NCBI GenBank assembly: GCA_039815185.1
Contig: JBCBZT010000010.1
Location: forward strand, 96,001-160,000
Reading direction: 5' to 3'
Origin: Cyanobacteria bacterium P01_A01_bin.123
Lineage (GTDB): Bacteria > Cyanobacteriota > Cyanobacteriia > Phormidesmidales > Phormidesmidaceae
DNA: 64,000 nt
The number at the start of each line of letters is the position of its first letter. The first letter of the stretch is position 1. Of this stretch, positions 41,596-50,324 are shown in pieces. A program made the position numbers and the translations under genes. The notes under the pieces were generated by a model that saw only the letters and a list, made by a program, of their open reading frames with translations, was not told where the DNA came from and did not search any database.

Positions 41596-42174
41596 GTGCA
41601 GTCAAAGTCTAAAGCTCGTGAACGCGTTTTAACAGCGGCCCAAAGTCTCTTTGTCGAACGCGGATACGAAGCAGTTACCGTGAAAGATATTGCCAAGGCG
41701 GCGGGGATTCACCACGCGTCGCTCTATCACCATGTCCCCAACGGCAAATCAGCTCTGTACGTTGAGGTGATGACCCGACATATGAACCATTACCGGGAAG
41801 GTCTGCGGTCGGCTCTTAATGCAGCTGAAATGTCCCTGCAGGAAAACCTACAGCAGGTTGCCAGCTGGATTATTTCACAGCCGCCACTAGACGTTATTCG
41901 CCTAGCCAATAGTGACTTACCGGCTATTGGCACAGCGGAAGCGGATATCTTAAGTGATTTAGCTTTTGTCGCCACCATTCTGCCCATCTTAGAGGTACTT
42001 GAGACCGCTAAAAGTAGGGGGGAAATTGAGCACGATAACCTTGGCCCTATCGCAGGTGCACTTTTTTCATCTCTTGAAAGTTTGCATGCTGTACCTGAGG
42101 CGTACTTAGAAAAAAGCCGTCAATCAATGGCTGATGACATTGTTGAGGTTTTTATTAAGGGAATGCAACCATAA
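41596..42174 (+). CDS. TetR/AcrR family transcriptional regulator
   Basis: AAQSLFVERGYEAVTVKDIAKAAGI...LYHH...KSAL. Confidence 0.92.
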   Translation: MQSKSKARERVLTAAQSLFVERGYEAVTVKDIAKAAGIHHASLYHHVPNGKSALYVEVMTRHMNHYREGLRSALNAAEMSLQENLQQVASWIISQPPLDVIRLANSDLPAIGTAEADILSDLAFVATILPILEVLETAKSRGEIEHDNLGPIAGALFSSLESLHAVPEAYLEKSRQSMADDIVEVFIKGMQP

Positions 42175-42201
42175 GGCACTTACTTCAATTTTTTCTTCGA
42201 G

Positions 42202-42221
42202 AACCAACAAAAAAGTTGGTT
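42202..42221. promoter_or_regulatory. Second TetR-like operator upstream of the PEP-CTERM gene
   Basis: Perfect inverted repeat AACCAAC-N6-GTTGGTT. Confidence 0.55.
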
Positions 42222-42266
42222 GGTCATATAAGGTTCTTCAGAAAACTGACTGTCAAGGAGTTAACC

Positions 42267-42977
42267 ATGAATAAGCATATGTTTCACAAATGGGCTGTTG
42301 TTACGATTAGCACTGGTATCGGGCTAGGAACCTTTGGCATCAGTTCTGCCAGCGCGTTCCAACTATTTACAGACCGCACAGCCTGGGAAAATGCGCTTGG
42401 CAGCAGCATTACTGTGACAGAAACTTTTGAAAATCCCATCAGTGGAGCTTCAAGGATAGTCTTCGATGGGGGAATTGTCTCTGAAGGCATTGATGGCACA
42501 TCTTTCGATCCGGCATTTGACAATGCTGTCGCCAATGGTATTTACAGTGCCAATTTGGACACAGACGAAGATTCACCTATCAGTGATTTTTTCAATGAAA
42601 TAAACTGGACTTTCCCAGAGGCAGTTTTTGCTGTCGGGGGCGATTTTTTACTGTCCACTAATTCAGAAGTTCTACAAATATTTGGTGATTTTGATGGTAA
42701 CGGAGAAGAAGTTGTCGATCTTGGCGATGTAATTGGTGTCAACACTGATGGTTTTTTAGGAATTATTGGTGAAGCGTCTTTTAATTCGGTAACCTATCGT
42801 TCTCGTACTGACGATCGTATTCCTACCGAGCTTGAAGACATTGTTGACGATACTGACCTTGAAACCATTATCATCGATAACTTCTCTACTGCTTCTGCTA
42901 CAGTGCCCGAACCGACTTCTATTATGGGTTTCTTAGCCCTTGGCATACTGGGAGTCCTCAAGTACAAACAACGTTGA
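42267..42977 (+). CDS. PEP-CTERM sorting domain protein
   Basis: AAGGAG RBS + ATG 42267; signal peptide ending ASA; FTDRTAWENALG; C-terminal VPEPTSIMGFLALGILGVLKYKQR. Confidence 0.88.
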   Translation: MNKHMFHKWAVVTISTGIGLGTFGISSASAFQLFTDRTAWENALGSSITVTETFENPISGASRIVFDGGIVSEGIDGTSFDPAFDNAVANGIYSANLDTDEDSPISDFFNEINWTFPEAVFAVGGDFLLSTNSEVLQIFGDFDGNGEEVVDLGDVIGVNTDGFLGIIGEASFNSVTYRSRTDDRIPTELEDIVDDTDLETIIIDNFSTASATVPEPTSIMGFLALGILGVLKYKQR

Positions 42978-43002
42978 GTGACGTAGTTGGAACGGTCTAC
43001 CT

Positions 43003-43269
43003 TTAAATTTCAGCCGGTAGCGCGTCCACCAAATCAGCGGACCAAATCTCGTCATAGGGAACGTTACCCCGTTGGTAGGCCGCGCGAACCGTGTCGGCAT
43101 CGGCGGCGTCTAATTCACAGATGCTGCGTCTGCGATCGCGCGATAGATAAGTCCGCCGCCAAGTCACATTGCGTTCTGTCATGCAGGGAGCAGAACGCAC
43201 CACAAGTTCATCCCATAAGGCTTGGTCAATGGGAGGATCGTAGGTGGTTTCGACAACGATGAGCGCCAT
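43003..43269 (-). CDS. DUF4242-like small protein
   Basis: 88 aa; C...NVTWRRTYLSRDRRRSICELDAADADTVRAA pattern. Confidence 0.75.
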   Translation of the reverse strand: MALIVVETTYDPPIDQALWDELVVRSAPCMTERNVTWRRTYLSRDRRRSICELDAADADTVRAAYQRGNVPYDEIWSADLVDALPAEI

Positions 43270-43351
43270 AATCACACTATTGGGTCTGTTGAGCAAAAGG
43301 AAGTGTTCTCTTCAAAAAGAGTAATGCGAAGTCCATCGGCTGCATCGAACT

Positions 43352-46300
43352 TCAATTTGGTTTCGATATTAGCTGTTGCATGAACCGTTCTGCTCGATGT
43401 CGTAATGATTCAGCACGGGCGCTAAGCGGTTGACTATTAATCACCATGCTTTGTAAAGCTTGCCAATATGTCAGCTGGTCTCTTTCTTTAGGGGTGGTAA
43501 GCACAAGTAAAGCAACAGCCGCAACTAAGTCATTGGGATGAGCAATCTGTTTAGCTGCTTGGTGGGCTGTAGCGGCATAGTATTGTGCGACGTCGCTTTG
43601 ATGATGGGCTAGAGCAAGTTCACTGGCATGGCTAGCGACAAACACAATCTTGCGCTGGGCATCAAGCTGGTCGAGTTGCTGCAAAGCTTGATTCAGGGGT
43701 TCAGCGTTACCCTCATCTTCCTTGTAGGCGCTAAGGGTAATCAGCGCTTGGGCAAAAGTGCCGTCACTACCTTTGGGCAACTGTGTAGAGAGTGCTAACA
43801 ACGCTTGGGCCTCGGCGATCTCTGGCTGATGTCCGTCCCAACCTGCCATGGCTAAATGGGTTAAGGCATAGCCCTGGCGTCCAAAATCCTGCTGATTTTG
43901 GGCCAACTGAAGCGCTTGCTGTAAATAAGCCCGTGCTTGTAAGTAGTTGCCGTGATACCGTTCGACACAACCTAACCCGGTTGGAATATCAATCAACATC
44001 AGTCCTAACCGACTCGCTAAAGACTGAGCTTCTAATAGCACCGCTTCGGCCCGGTCCATATCTCGCTCAATCTCAGTTAGGCAGCACCCATTAGTTGCAA
44101 GGCTTTCTACCTGGAGTCGTGGACTGGGCGGTAAGGTATCCAGTGCCGTAAGGGTTTGTTGATGCACTGTCGTAAATTTGCCTTGCTCGTAGTTCAAGAA
44201 ATTGAGGGCGCCCTGGGCCATCACCTCGGCTTCAGGAATTGAGAGTCCAACGATGTCTGCTAGCAGTTGCTGTAATTGATACTCCACGGTGGTAGCATCC
44301 TCGGGAGCCACCCCGGCAAACACCCGTGAGTGCAGAAGTTGGGCTGAGCTGAGGAGGCGATCGCGACTGGGTAAATATTGACAATGGTGTAGCCCCTCAG
44401 CCACCAGTTGAATCACATCTTGGTAGGCAAACAACCGTAAACTGCGGGCTGCCGCTGCTGTATAGGCATGAGTCGCTAAGGCATGGTTCCCTGCCAGCCC
44501 TGCATGGTAGGCCACTTGGCTAGCCAAGTCATCCTCTACCATTTGGGCTTCTAAGGTCTTTGCCAACTGCCCATGGATGATCCGTCGTCGGGGTTGAGAG
44601 AGCTGATCATAGGCAACCTGTCTCACCAAATCATGGATAAAGTCATAGTTGCCCTGTTCATCAACTTGGCTTGAATGGGTGGGGCAAACAATCTGCTGCT
44701 GTTCCAACTGTTCCATTGCGGTTAGAAACTGCATCGGCGGATAGCTCGCCGCTACCGCCAAAATCTCTGGATTAAAGCGTCGCCCCAGCGCTGCTGCCCA
44801 GGGGAGCAAGTCCCGCGCTGCGCCATCCAGCCGCTGTAGGCGATCGTCGATTAAATTTGATAAGTTACTCGTTTCTGGGTAACTGGCTCGGGTCGCTTCC
44901 AATGCAAACAGTGGGTTGCCGCCACTATCAGCGTAAATCTGTTGAGGACTCAACGGCCTCACTGGAGCCTCACTCAGCCTTTCGCCCAACTTTTGGTTCA
45001 GTAGCGGCTTGACTAACTCAAATACAGCTTCTGGTGATAAGGGAGGCACAGCCACTTCTTGGATGCGTTGGGCCCGTCGCAGCGATTTTACTAGGGTCAA
45101 GGCCGCTGGATTTGCTTGGAGTTCCTGCTCTCGAGCCGCACAGGCAATGCGGAGTGGTCTTTGTGCAAGCAACCGAAACACATAGTGCAGCAGGGTTGTT
45201 GAGGCTTCGTCTAACCAGTGAATGTCGTCGAACAACAGCAGTAGGGGTTGCTCAGGGCTGGCCACCGTACCCAACCCCTGAACCATCGCATCTAGTAGCT
45301 GTCCTCGACTTTGAAGATCGGTGGAGGGTTCTTCCAGGTTGGGTAAGCGTTGAGGCAGTGGCGCTGCTCGCAGCAGATCAATCCAAACGCCATAAGATCG
45401 CAACTGCTCGGCTGCAAACGCTCTGCCCCAGTAAGCTTGCCAGTGGTAAGCAGTGGCCTGATCAGCTAGGGCCTCCAGCAAACGAGTTTTGCCAATACCC
45501 GGTTCCCCAGTTAGCAGCAAAAGGGGGGCGGCAATGCCAAGGGGGGATAGCAGCCATTGCTTGAGGGTTTGAAATAGGTGATCGCGACCCACCATTGGCT
45601 CAGCCGATCCTGGTGCAGATAGGGGTAAAGGCACGGGCAGAATGGGGTCGGGTTGTGAATCGGCCTGGGCGGATATGGGCCGCTCTGCCCCTTCCTCAAT
45701 GGGTGCTGTGATCCTGTCTTCTGCGGTTAATAACTGTTGGTAGATATTGGCGGTGGTTGGGCTCGGATTCACCCCCAGTTCGGTTTGCAGGGTGGTCATG
45801 CACTGGTGGTAAAGCCGCAGGGCGGTGGCGCGATCGCCCGTCTCGCCATAAAGCCTCATTAAGGTTTGGTGTGCCCCTTCTTCCAGTGGTTCAGCTTGTA
45901 GCCACTGTTGCCCCAAGGCAATTGCCTTTGTGGTCTTCCCTAACCCTTGTAGAAGACCCGTGATTTGGGCCAGTGCACGGACATATTGTTGTCTCAGCCG
46001 GACTTGTTCGGGATAGATCCAGTCTGCGTCGCAGTCGGGCCAGAGATCATCTCGGTAAACCTCAAGGGCTGCCTCTAGCGCTTGAACCGCTGAATCACCG
46101 CCAGTGTCCTTGGCAACGGCTAAGTTCGTTTCAAAGGTTTCCAAATCCACGTTGCAAGGAACTTGGGGTTGCCAGTGGAGAGTTTGATGGGTAATGGTGA
46201 TCAGCTGATCGATCATTGGGCAAGCCTGACGCAGATGATGCAGCTCTTTTCGGAGGTTCGTACGCGCTTGACTTTCAAGGGCATCCGGCCAGAGTTGTCC

Positions 46301-46459
46301 GGCAATGCGACGGCGGGGCTGAGGCGTATGGCGATGCAAAATTAGGTACGCTAGCAACTGCTGCGATCGCAGTCGTAACTCGATAACAGTTGCGCCCTGA
46401 TCAATCAGGCAGAAATCACCCAATAGATTAATTTGTAGCGGTGGCTTTTCCACAGTCAT
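43352..46459 (-). CDS. SARP/BTAD transcriptional activator with AAA ATPase and TPR-like C-terminus
   Basis: LLAYLILH...LWPD...ARTNLRKELHHL; BTAD (EPLEEGAHQTLMRLY...ELGVNPS); Walker A GEPGIGKT, Walker B LLFDDIHW, GGNPLF. Confidence 0.92.
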   Translation of the reverse strand: MTVEKPPLQINLLGDFCLIDQGATVIELRLRSQQLLAYLILHRHTPQPRRRIAGQLWPDALESQARTNLRKELHHLRQACPMIDQLITITHQTLHWQPQVPCNVDLETFETNLAVAKDTGGDSAVQALEAALEVYRDDLWPDCDADWIYPEQVRLRQQYVRALAQITGLLQGLGKTTKAIALGQQWLQAEPLEEGAHQTLMRLYGETGDRATALRLYHQCMTTLQTELGVNPSPTTANIYQQLLTAEDRITAPIEEGAERPISAQADSQPDPILPVPLPLSAPGSAEPMVGRDHLFQTLKQWLLSPLGIAAPLLLLTGEPGIGKTRLLEALADQATAYHWQAYWGRAFAAEQLRSYGVWIDLLRAAPLPQRLPNLEEPSTDLQSRGQLLDAMVQGLGTVASPEQPLLLLFDDIHWLDEASTTLLHYVFRLLAQRPLRIACAAREQELQANPAALTLVKSLRRAQRIQEVAVPPLSPEAVFELVKPLLNQKLGERLSEAPVRPLSPQQIYADSGGNPLFALEATRASYPETSNLSNLIDDRLQRLDGAARDLLPWAAALGRRFNPEILAVAASYPPMQFLTAMEQLEQQQIVCPTHSSQVDEQGNYDFIHDLVRQVAYDQLSQPRRRIIHGQLAKTLEAQMVEDDLASQVAYHAGLAGNHALATHAYTAAAARSLRLFAYQDVIQLVAEGLHHCQYLPSRDRLLSSAQLLHSRVFAGVAPEDATTVEYQLQQLLADIVGLSIPEAEVMAQGALNFLNYEQGKFTTVHQQTLTALDTLPPSPRLQVESLATNGCCLTEIERDMDRAEAVLLEAQSLASRLGLMLIDIPTGLGCVERYHGNYLQARAYLQQALQLAQNQQDFGRQGYALTHLAMAGWDGHQPEIAEAQALLALSTQLPKGSDGTFAQALITLSAYKEDEGNAEPLNQALQQLDQLDAQRKIVFVASHASELALAHHQSDVAQYYAATAHQAAKQIAHPNDLVAAVALLVLTTPKERDQLTYWQALQSMVINSQPLSARAESLRHRAERFMQQLISKPN

Positions 46460-46596
46460 TATCTGTGTTTGCAGGCGTGCTAATTGCCTTAAAGGCTCAT
46501 TGTAAACGCCTCAACCGCAACATCAGGTGGAAACAACAGCGTGACATCGAATTGCATTGTGTTCTGCCGCAATAGCCGCGATCGCACTACGCTAAT

Positions 46597-48834
46597 CTAA
46601 GCACCTGTCTCAATGTTAAAGCTACCCGCTAAGGTAAACTGATCGCCATAGTCAAAGACGCTGCCATCAGGCTGGGCAAAGGTTTGCCCATTCAGGAGTT
46701 GGGTATAGAGCGTGTGCGCGTAGCCGTGGTTGCCCACAAAACTGAACTGTCCCGGTTGGAAAAGGTCGTCAGGATTGACGTACAAATCCAGATCACCGAG
46801 GCGATCATCGTAGCCCAAGGTATCGCTCGTATGGTAGGCAATTACCCGCTCGGCATCAGTGGCATCTAGACGTTCTCCGAGGCTAGGGGTTGAGAAACCG
46901 TTGAATAAATCCGGCCCCTCAAATGCTGGGCCAGCTGGATCCATACCAACAATGACACCAAAATCACGACCGGTCAGATCCTCGTAGTAGTCCCCGGCAA
47001 CCCCGCTAACATGGCCTCCCAAGCTGTGACCAATCAACTGCACACCATCGGGATTGACCGGTAGTACATTCAGCAATTCACCTAATTGTTGGCCCACCTC
47101 AAAGGTGTTTTCTGCCGCCTGTCCATAGTCAAACCCAAAGAAGCCCCTGGGATTAGCCCCGTCTTCCCAATCCACCAAGATGACATTGGCCTGAGCATCA
47201 AACCCTTTGATGGCATTGCCAATATTGCTGACCCATTCTGCATCCGCACTACTTTGATAGCCATGGGTGATGACATAATTTCTGACCGCAGCAGACGTAT
47301 TGAAGCTATTGGTTCCAAACAGAGAAAAACTGGCCAGGTCACCCGTAGAAAAGCTGATATTACCCAGGAGGTCTGTAAAATCAGCAACGGTGTCAACGGT
47401 GGCAGTTGAAGCGGGCTGACTGAGAAGGTGTGGTTCCTCTGGGGAACTTGCTCCCCCAACAGGGGGACTGACAGATTCAGCCAGGCCGATCGCATCCCTC
47501 CCAACGGCAAAGTCCGTTGCAACCCCAGAGCCATGACTCAAACCACTGGCTCCACCCACCGTCAAGGTAAAGGCGTTAGTTGAGAGGGGTTGACGCGTGC
47601 TGTTGCTGCCACTCCAGTTATTAGAATTACTCAGGGCTGACAGCAACTCAGCCCTGCTACCTGTGGTGATACCCGTGTAAATCGCATTGTCGATTTCATT
47701 CAGGGCGATCGCCGTTTGCCCATTCCCCAACCCTGTCGGCAGTGCAGAGGTTGCAGCACTGGTTGCAAAACCATCCACCTGGGTTTCTAGTGAAGCTTCA
47801 ATGTCGTCCGGCAGGTTAGAGAAGAGATCCAAACCAGTTGATGCTTCAATGTCATCCACAGAAACCCGGAACTCTCGCCAGTCGCTGGTGATGTCCTGAT
47901 CGTTGGGAATATCTACGGCAATGACTCGGTTATCGAATGAGACATCTTCTATGCCATCACCGGGATCGTCTAAAACTAGAATCGCCTTCCAGGTGCGATC
48001 GGGCACGGTGATGTTGCCACCGGGCGTTGCAATAAAACTTAACGAACCGTTGCTACCCACCCCACCCACACCATAGCTGCCTGCTACGATGTGCAGTTCC
48101 TGATCATCACTGGTGATGTTGGGATTGCCAGTGACCAACTCTCGACTGAAGTCTTCTAGATTTCCCCAAGTGTTGCGATTGTTGTCAGGGGCCTGGGGCA
48201 TCATGTTAGTCATGACGAAAGTCGCAGAGTTGTCAGCCACCGTTGCGGTGCGATCAGCAGACGGAGTGATGTGGCCGCGATCGAACCCACTACCTGCGTA
48301 ATCATCCTCACTCACCTGATAGAAACCTGGTGGTAAGCTTGTATCTTCTCGAAAATCATCTTGACGAGGAGCGCTACCGAGCCAACTGCTGTTCAGCTGC
48401 CAGCTTGACCAGTTAGCAATCTTCAAGCTGTCGTTATAGGACAACGCATACTGATCTTTAAGCAACAGGTAGTTGTTGGGATTGTTGATATCTGCTGTGG
48501 CATTGCTGGGATTTCCAAAGCGCAAATGCACACTATCACTGCTGACAGACTCGGTGATCGTAAAAGCACCACTGGGCATCGTCAGTCGCGAATTATGCGC
48601 AACGTTCGTAACGGTTGGCGTAATCACGTCCCCCGCACTGTAGTCTTGAACAGCATTCCAGGTGAAGGTTCCTTCACTACCTCGAAAGATGCCATTATTG
48701 CGGACGCCGTCATCAGTAAATTGAATTTTAGTACCGATGGTGATGTCGACGAGAGGAACAAAAGAAAACTCGTCGGGATTATCGAAATTAAAGCCAGTAA
48801 TCACCAAATCGCCAGCAGCAAGTGTAGTGGCCAT
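46597..48834 (-). CDS. Fusion of a NucA-type DNA/RNA non-specific endonuclease and a C-terminal lipase-like alpha/beta hydrolase
   Basis: HLRFGNPSNA, YALSYN, DRGHITPSADRT, ATFVMTNMMPQ; then THGY, GHSLGGH, GMDPAGP, NHGYAH. Confidence 0.85.
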   Translation of the reverse strand: MATTLAAGDLVITGFNFDNPDEFSFVPLVDITIGTKIQFTDDGVRNNGIFRGSEGTFTWNAVQDYSAGDVITPTVTNVAHNSRLTMPSGAFTITESVSSDSVHLRFGNPSNATADINNPNNYLLLKDQYALSYNDSLKIANWSSWQLNSSWLGSAPRQDDFREDTSLPPGFYQVSEDDYAGSGFDRGHITPSADRTATVADNSATFVMTNMMPQAPDNNRNTWGNLEDFSRELVTGNPNITSDDQELHIVAGSYGVGGVGSNGSLSFIATPGGNITVPDRTWKAILVLDDPGDGIEDVSFDNRVIAVDIPNDQDITSDWREFRVSVDDIEASTGLDLFSNLPDDIEASLETQVDGFATSAATSALPTGLGNGQTAIALNEIDNAIYTGITTGSRAELLSALSNSNNWSGSNSTRQPLSTNAFTLTVGGASGLSHGSGVATDFAVGRDAIGLAESVSPPVGGASSPEEPHLLSQPASTATVDTVADFTDLLGNISFSTGDLASFSLFGTNSFNTSAAVRNYVITHGYQSSADAEWVSNIGNAIKGFDAQANVILVDWEDGANPRGFFGFDYGQAAENTFEVGQQLGELLNVLPVNPDGVQLIGHSLGGHVSGVAGDYYEDLTGRDFGVIVGMDPAGPAFEGPDLFNGFSTPSLGERLDATDAERVIAYHTSDTLGYDDRLGDLDLYVNPDDLFQPGQFSFVGNHGYAHTLYTQLLNGQTFAQPDGSVFDYGDQFTLAGSFNIETGA

Positions 48835-49206
48835 AACCTGGGTTCCTCACAGTGATGGGAAATGCTCGCGGAGTGACGGAATCGGACATTAGGATTCTAT
48901 GGGGATGACGTTAAGCTCGGGTATCTCTGCGCTTTAATATTTGATAAACCACCGCAAATCAACAATCTTTGTCCAGCCGTTGCGCACGCTTCCTCGCGGC
49001 AACTTGCTGCATACCACTGCAATCATGGTTAAGCCAGCATAGCGGAGATTGACACTGCTGTTGCTGGCACGCCTGGAGACAATCGCCCTAGAAGCAACGT
49101 CTGACAACCTTGATTCATAATCTGCCGAAAATCCCTCGAAAAGAAGATAAGGGTTTCTCAAGCTAAACCTGCATCGTCAATTCACGGAGAAGACCAACAT
49201 GGGACC

Positions 49207-49530
49207 AGTCTGGGATATGTAGGGTATGCCTATTACAAGCAAAATGAATCCGAACTTAGGGCTCTCAAAATCATTAGTGAAGCTGGCCCGATCCTACCCA
49301 ATATGAATACAATCGCAGATGGCTCTTATCCACTTTCTCGATCGCTGTTTATTTACGTCAATACTGACATTGTCAAGCAGCGCGCTGATGTTAGAGAGTT
49401 CATCGAGTACTACATCGAACACGCTACCGAATTTGTGAATCGGGTAGGCTATTTTCCATTATCTAATCAGCAATATAAAGAGGCAATAGACGACTTTGAG
49501 AGAGCAACTAATCAGGCTCCTTTAGATTAA
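49207..49530 (+). pseudogene. C-terminal fragment of a PstS-family phosphate-binding protein
   Basis: In-frame SLGYVGYAYYKQN...TIADGSYPLSRSLFIYVN...VGYFPL; upstream frame closed by stops at 49102 and 49111; N-terminal part absent. Confidence 0.8.
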
Positions 49531-49859
49531 TTCACCTTAAGGATAACCAGATTCTACTCCGTCATTGATTGAGTTTCGGCCAGGGCATCTTCTCAGCTTA
49601 TGTTCTGCAAAAGAAGGGCTTCGCCACTACAAAGCCGAATTTTGTGCTGAGACCAAGGGTGCTACCCAAAGCAGCAATCACGTCAAACTGTACTGGGGGA
49701 AGTCGTATTGCCTTACAAAAGCGGATTTTTTGTAGCTTTCAGTACAACAGCAAACTGTTATTTGTGGGAGAACTCACGTAATCAAGTTTGATTCTTGAAT
49801 TACTCCGTTTTATGGGGCGTTGTTGATTCGTAGGCTAACAATGCAATGCTGATGAGTTA

Positions 49860-49977
49860 ATGCCAAATCGCAAAGTCTCTGGCTACAGATAAATACCCCT
49901 CCGCCAACGGCTTCTCTCCTTATGAAGGGGAGGATGTGTGGGGTCTGATCTGTATCTAGGCTTTACAGAACTGGTAT
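49860..49977. repeat. Degenerate MITE-like palindromic element
   Basis: Imperfect terminal inverted repeats (ATGCCA...TACAGATAAATACCCC / GGGGTCTGATCTGTA...TGGTAT) around a C-rich/G-rich core. Confidence 0.55.
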
Positions 49978-50253
49978 AAGAAGGATATCCATTTAGCCTT
50001 TTTAGCTTTGGTAGAAATGGCAAAGTTTTTCAACTTTAGTAACGCCCTTTTTTGGCTTGTACGCTATAGTGCTGATTTTTATAGTCACATATGCTTGCTT
50101 GTCTAATTGACAAGGGTTGCGTCTCTTGAGATCTCTCAAGCTCGAATTGGAGTTTCCCATGAGATGATTTTCTGCTAAAACCCTATCAGTTTTTGAGTGG
50201 TATGTTTTGATGTTGAGGCACATCTGAATAATTACTCAAATAGCCAATCTTTT

Positions 50254-50295
50254 GTATATTTGCTGTCTATTTTAATGAGTTTCTTTGAGTAACAT
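50254..50295 (+). promoter_or_regulatory. Imperfect NtcA class II promoter of glnN
   Basis: GTA-N8-GTC, exactly 22 nt, then TAACAT (TAN3T). Confidence 0.5.
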
Positions 50296-50324
50296 CATAC
50301 GGTTCAGATCCTAAGGAAAGATCT

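Noticed and set aside
48934..49161. 75-aa minus-strand ORF upstream of the nuclease gene as a possible NuiA inhibitor
   Set aside because: No resemblance to NuiA that I can recognise; TTG start without an RBS.
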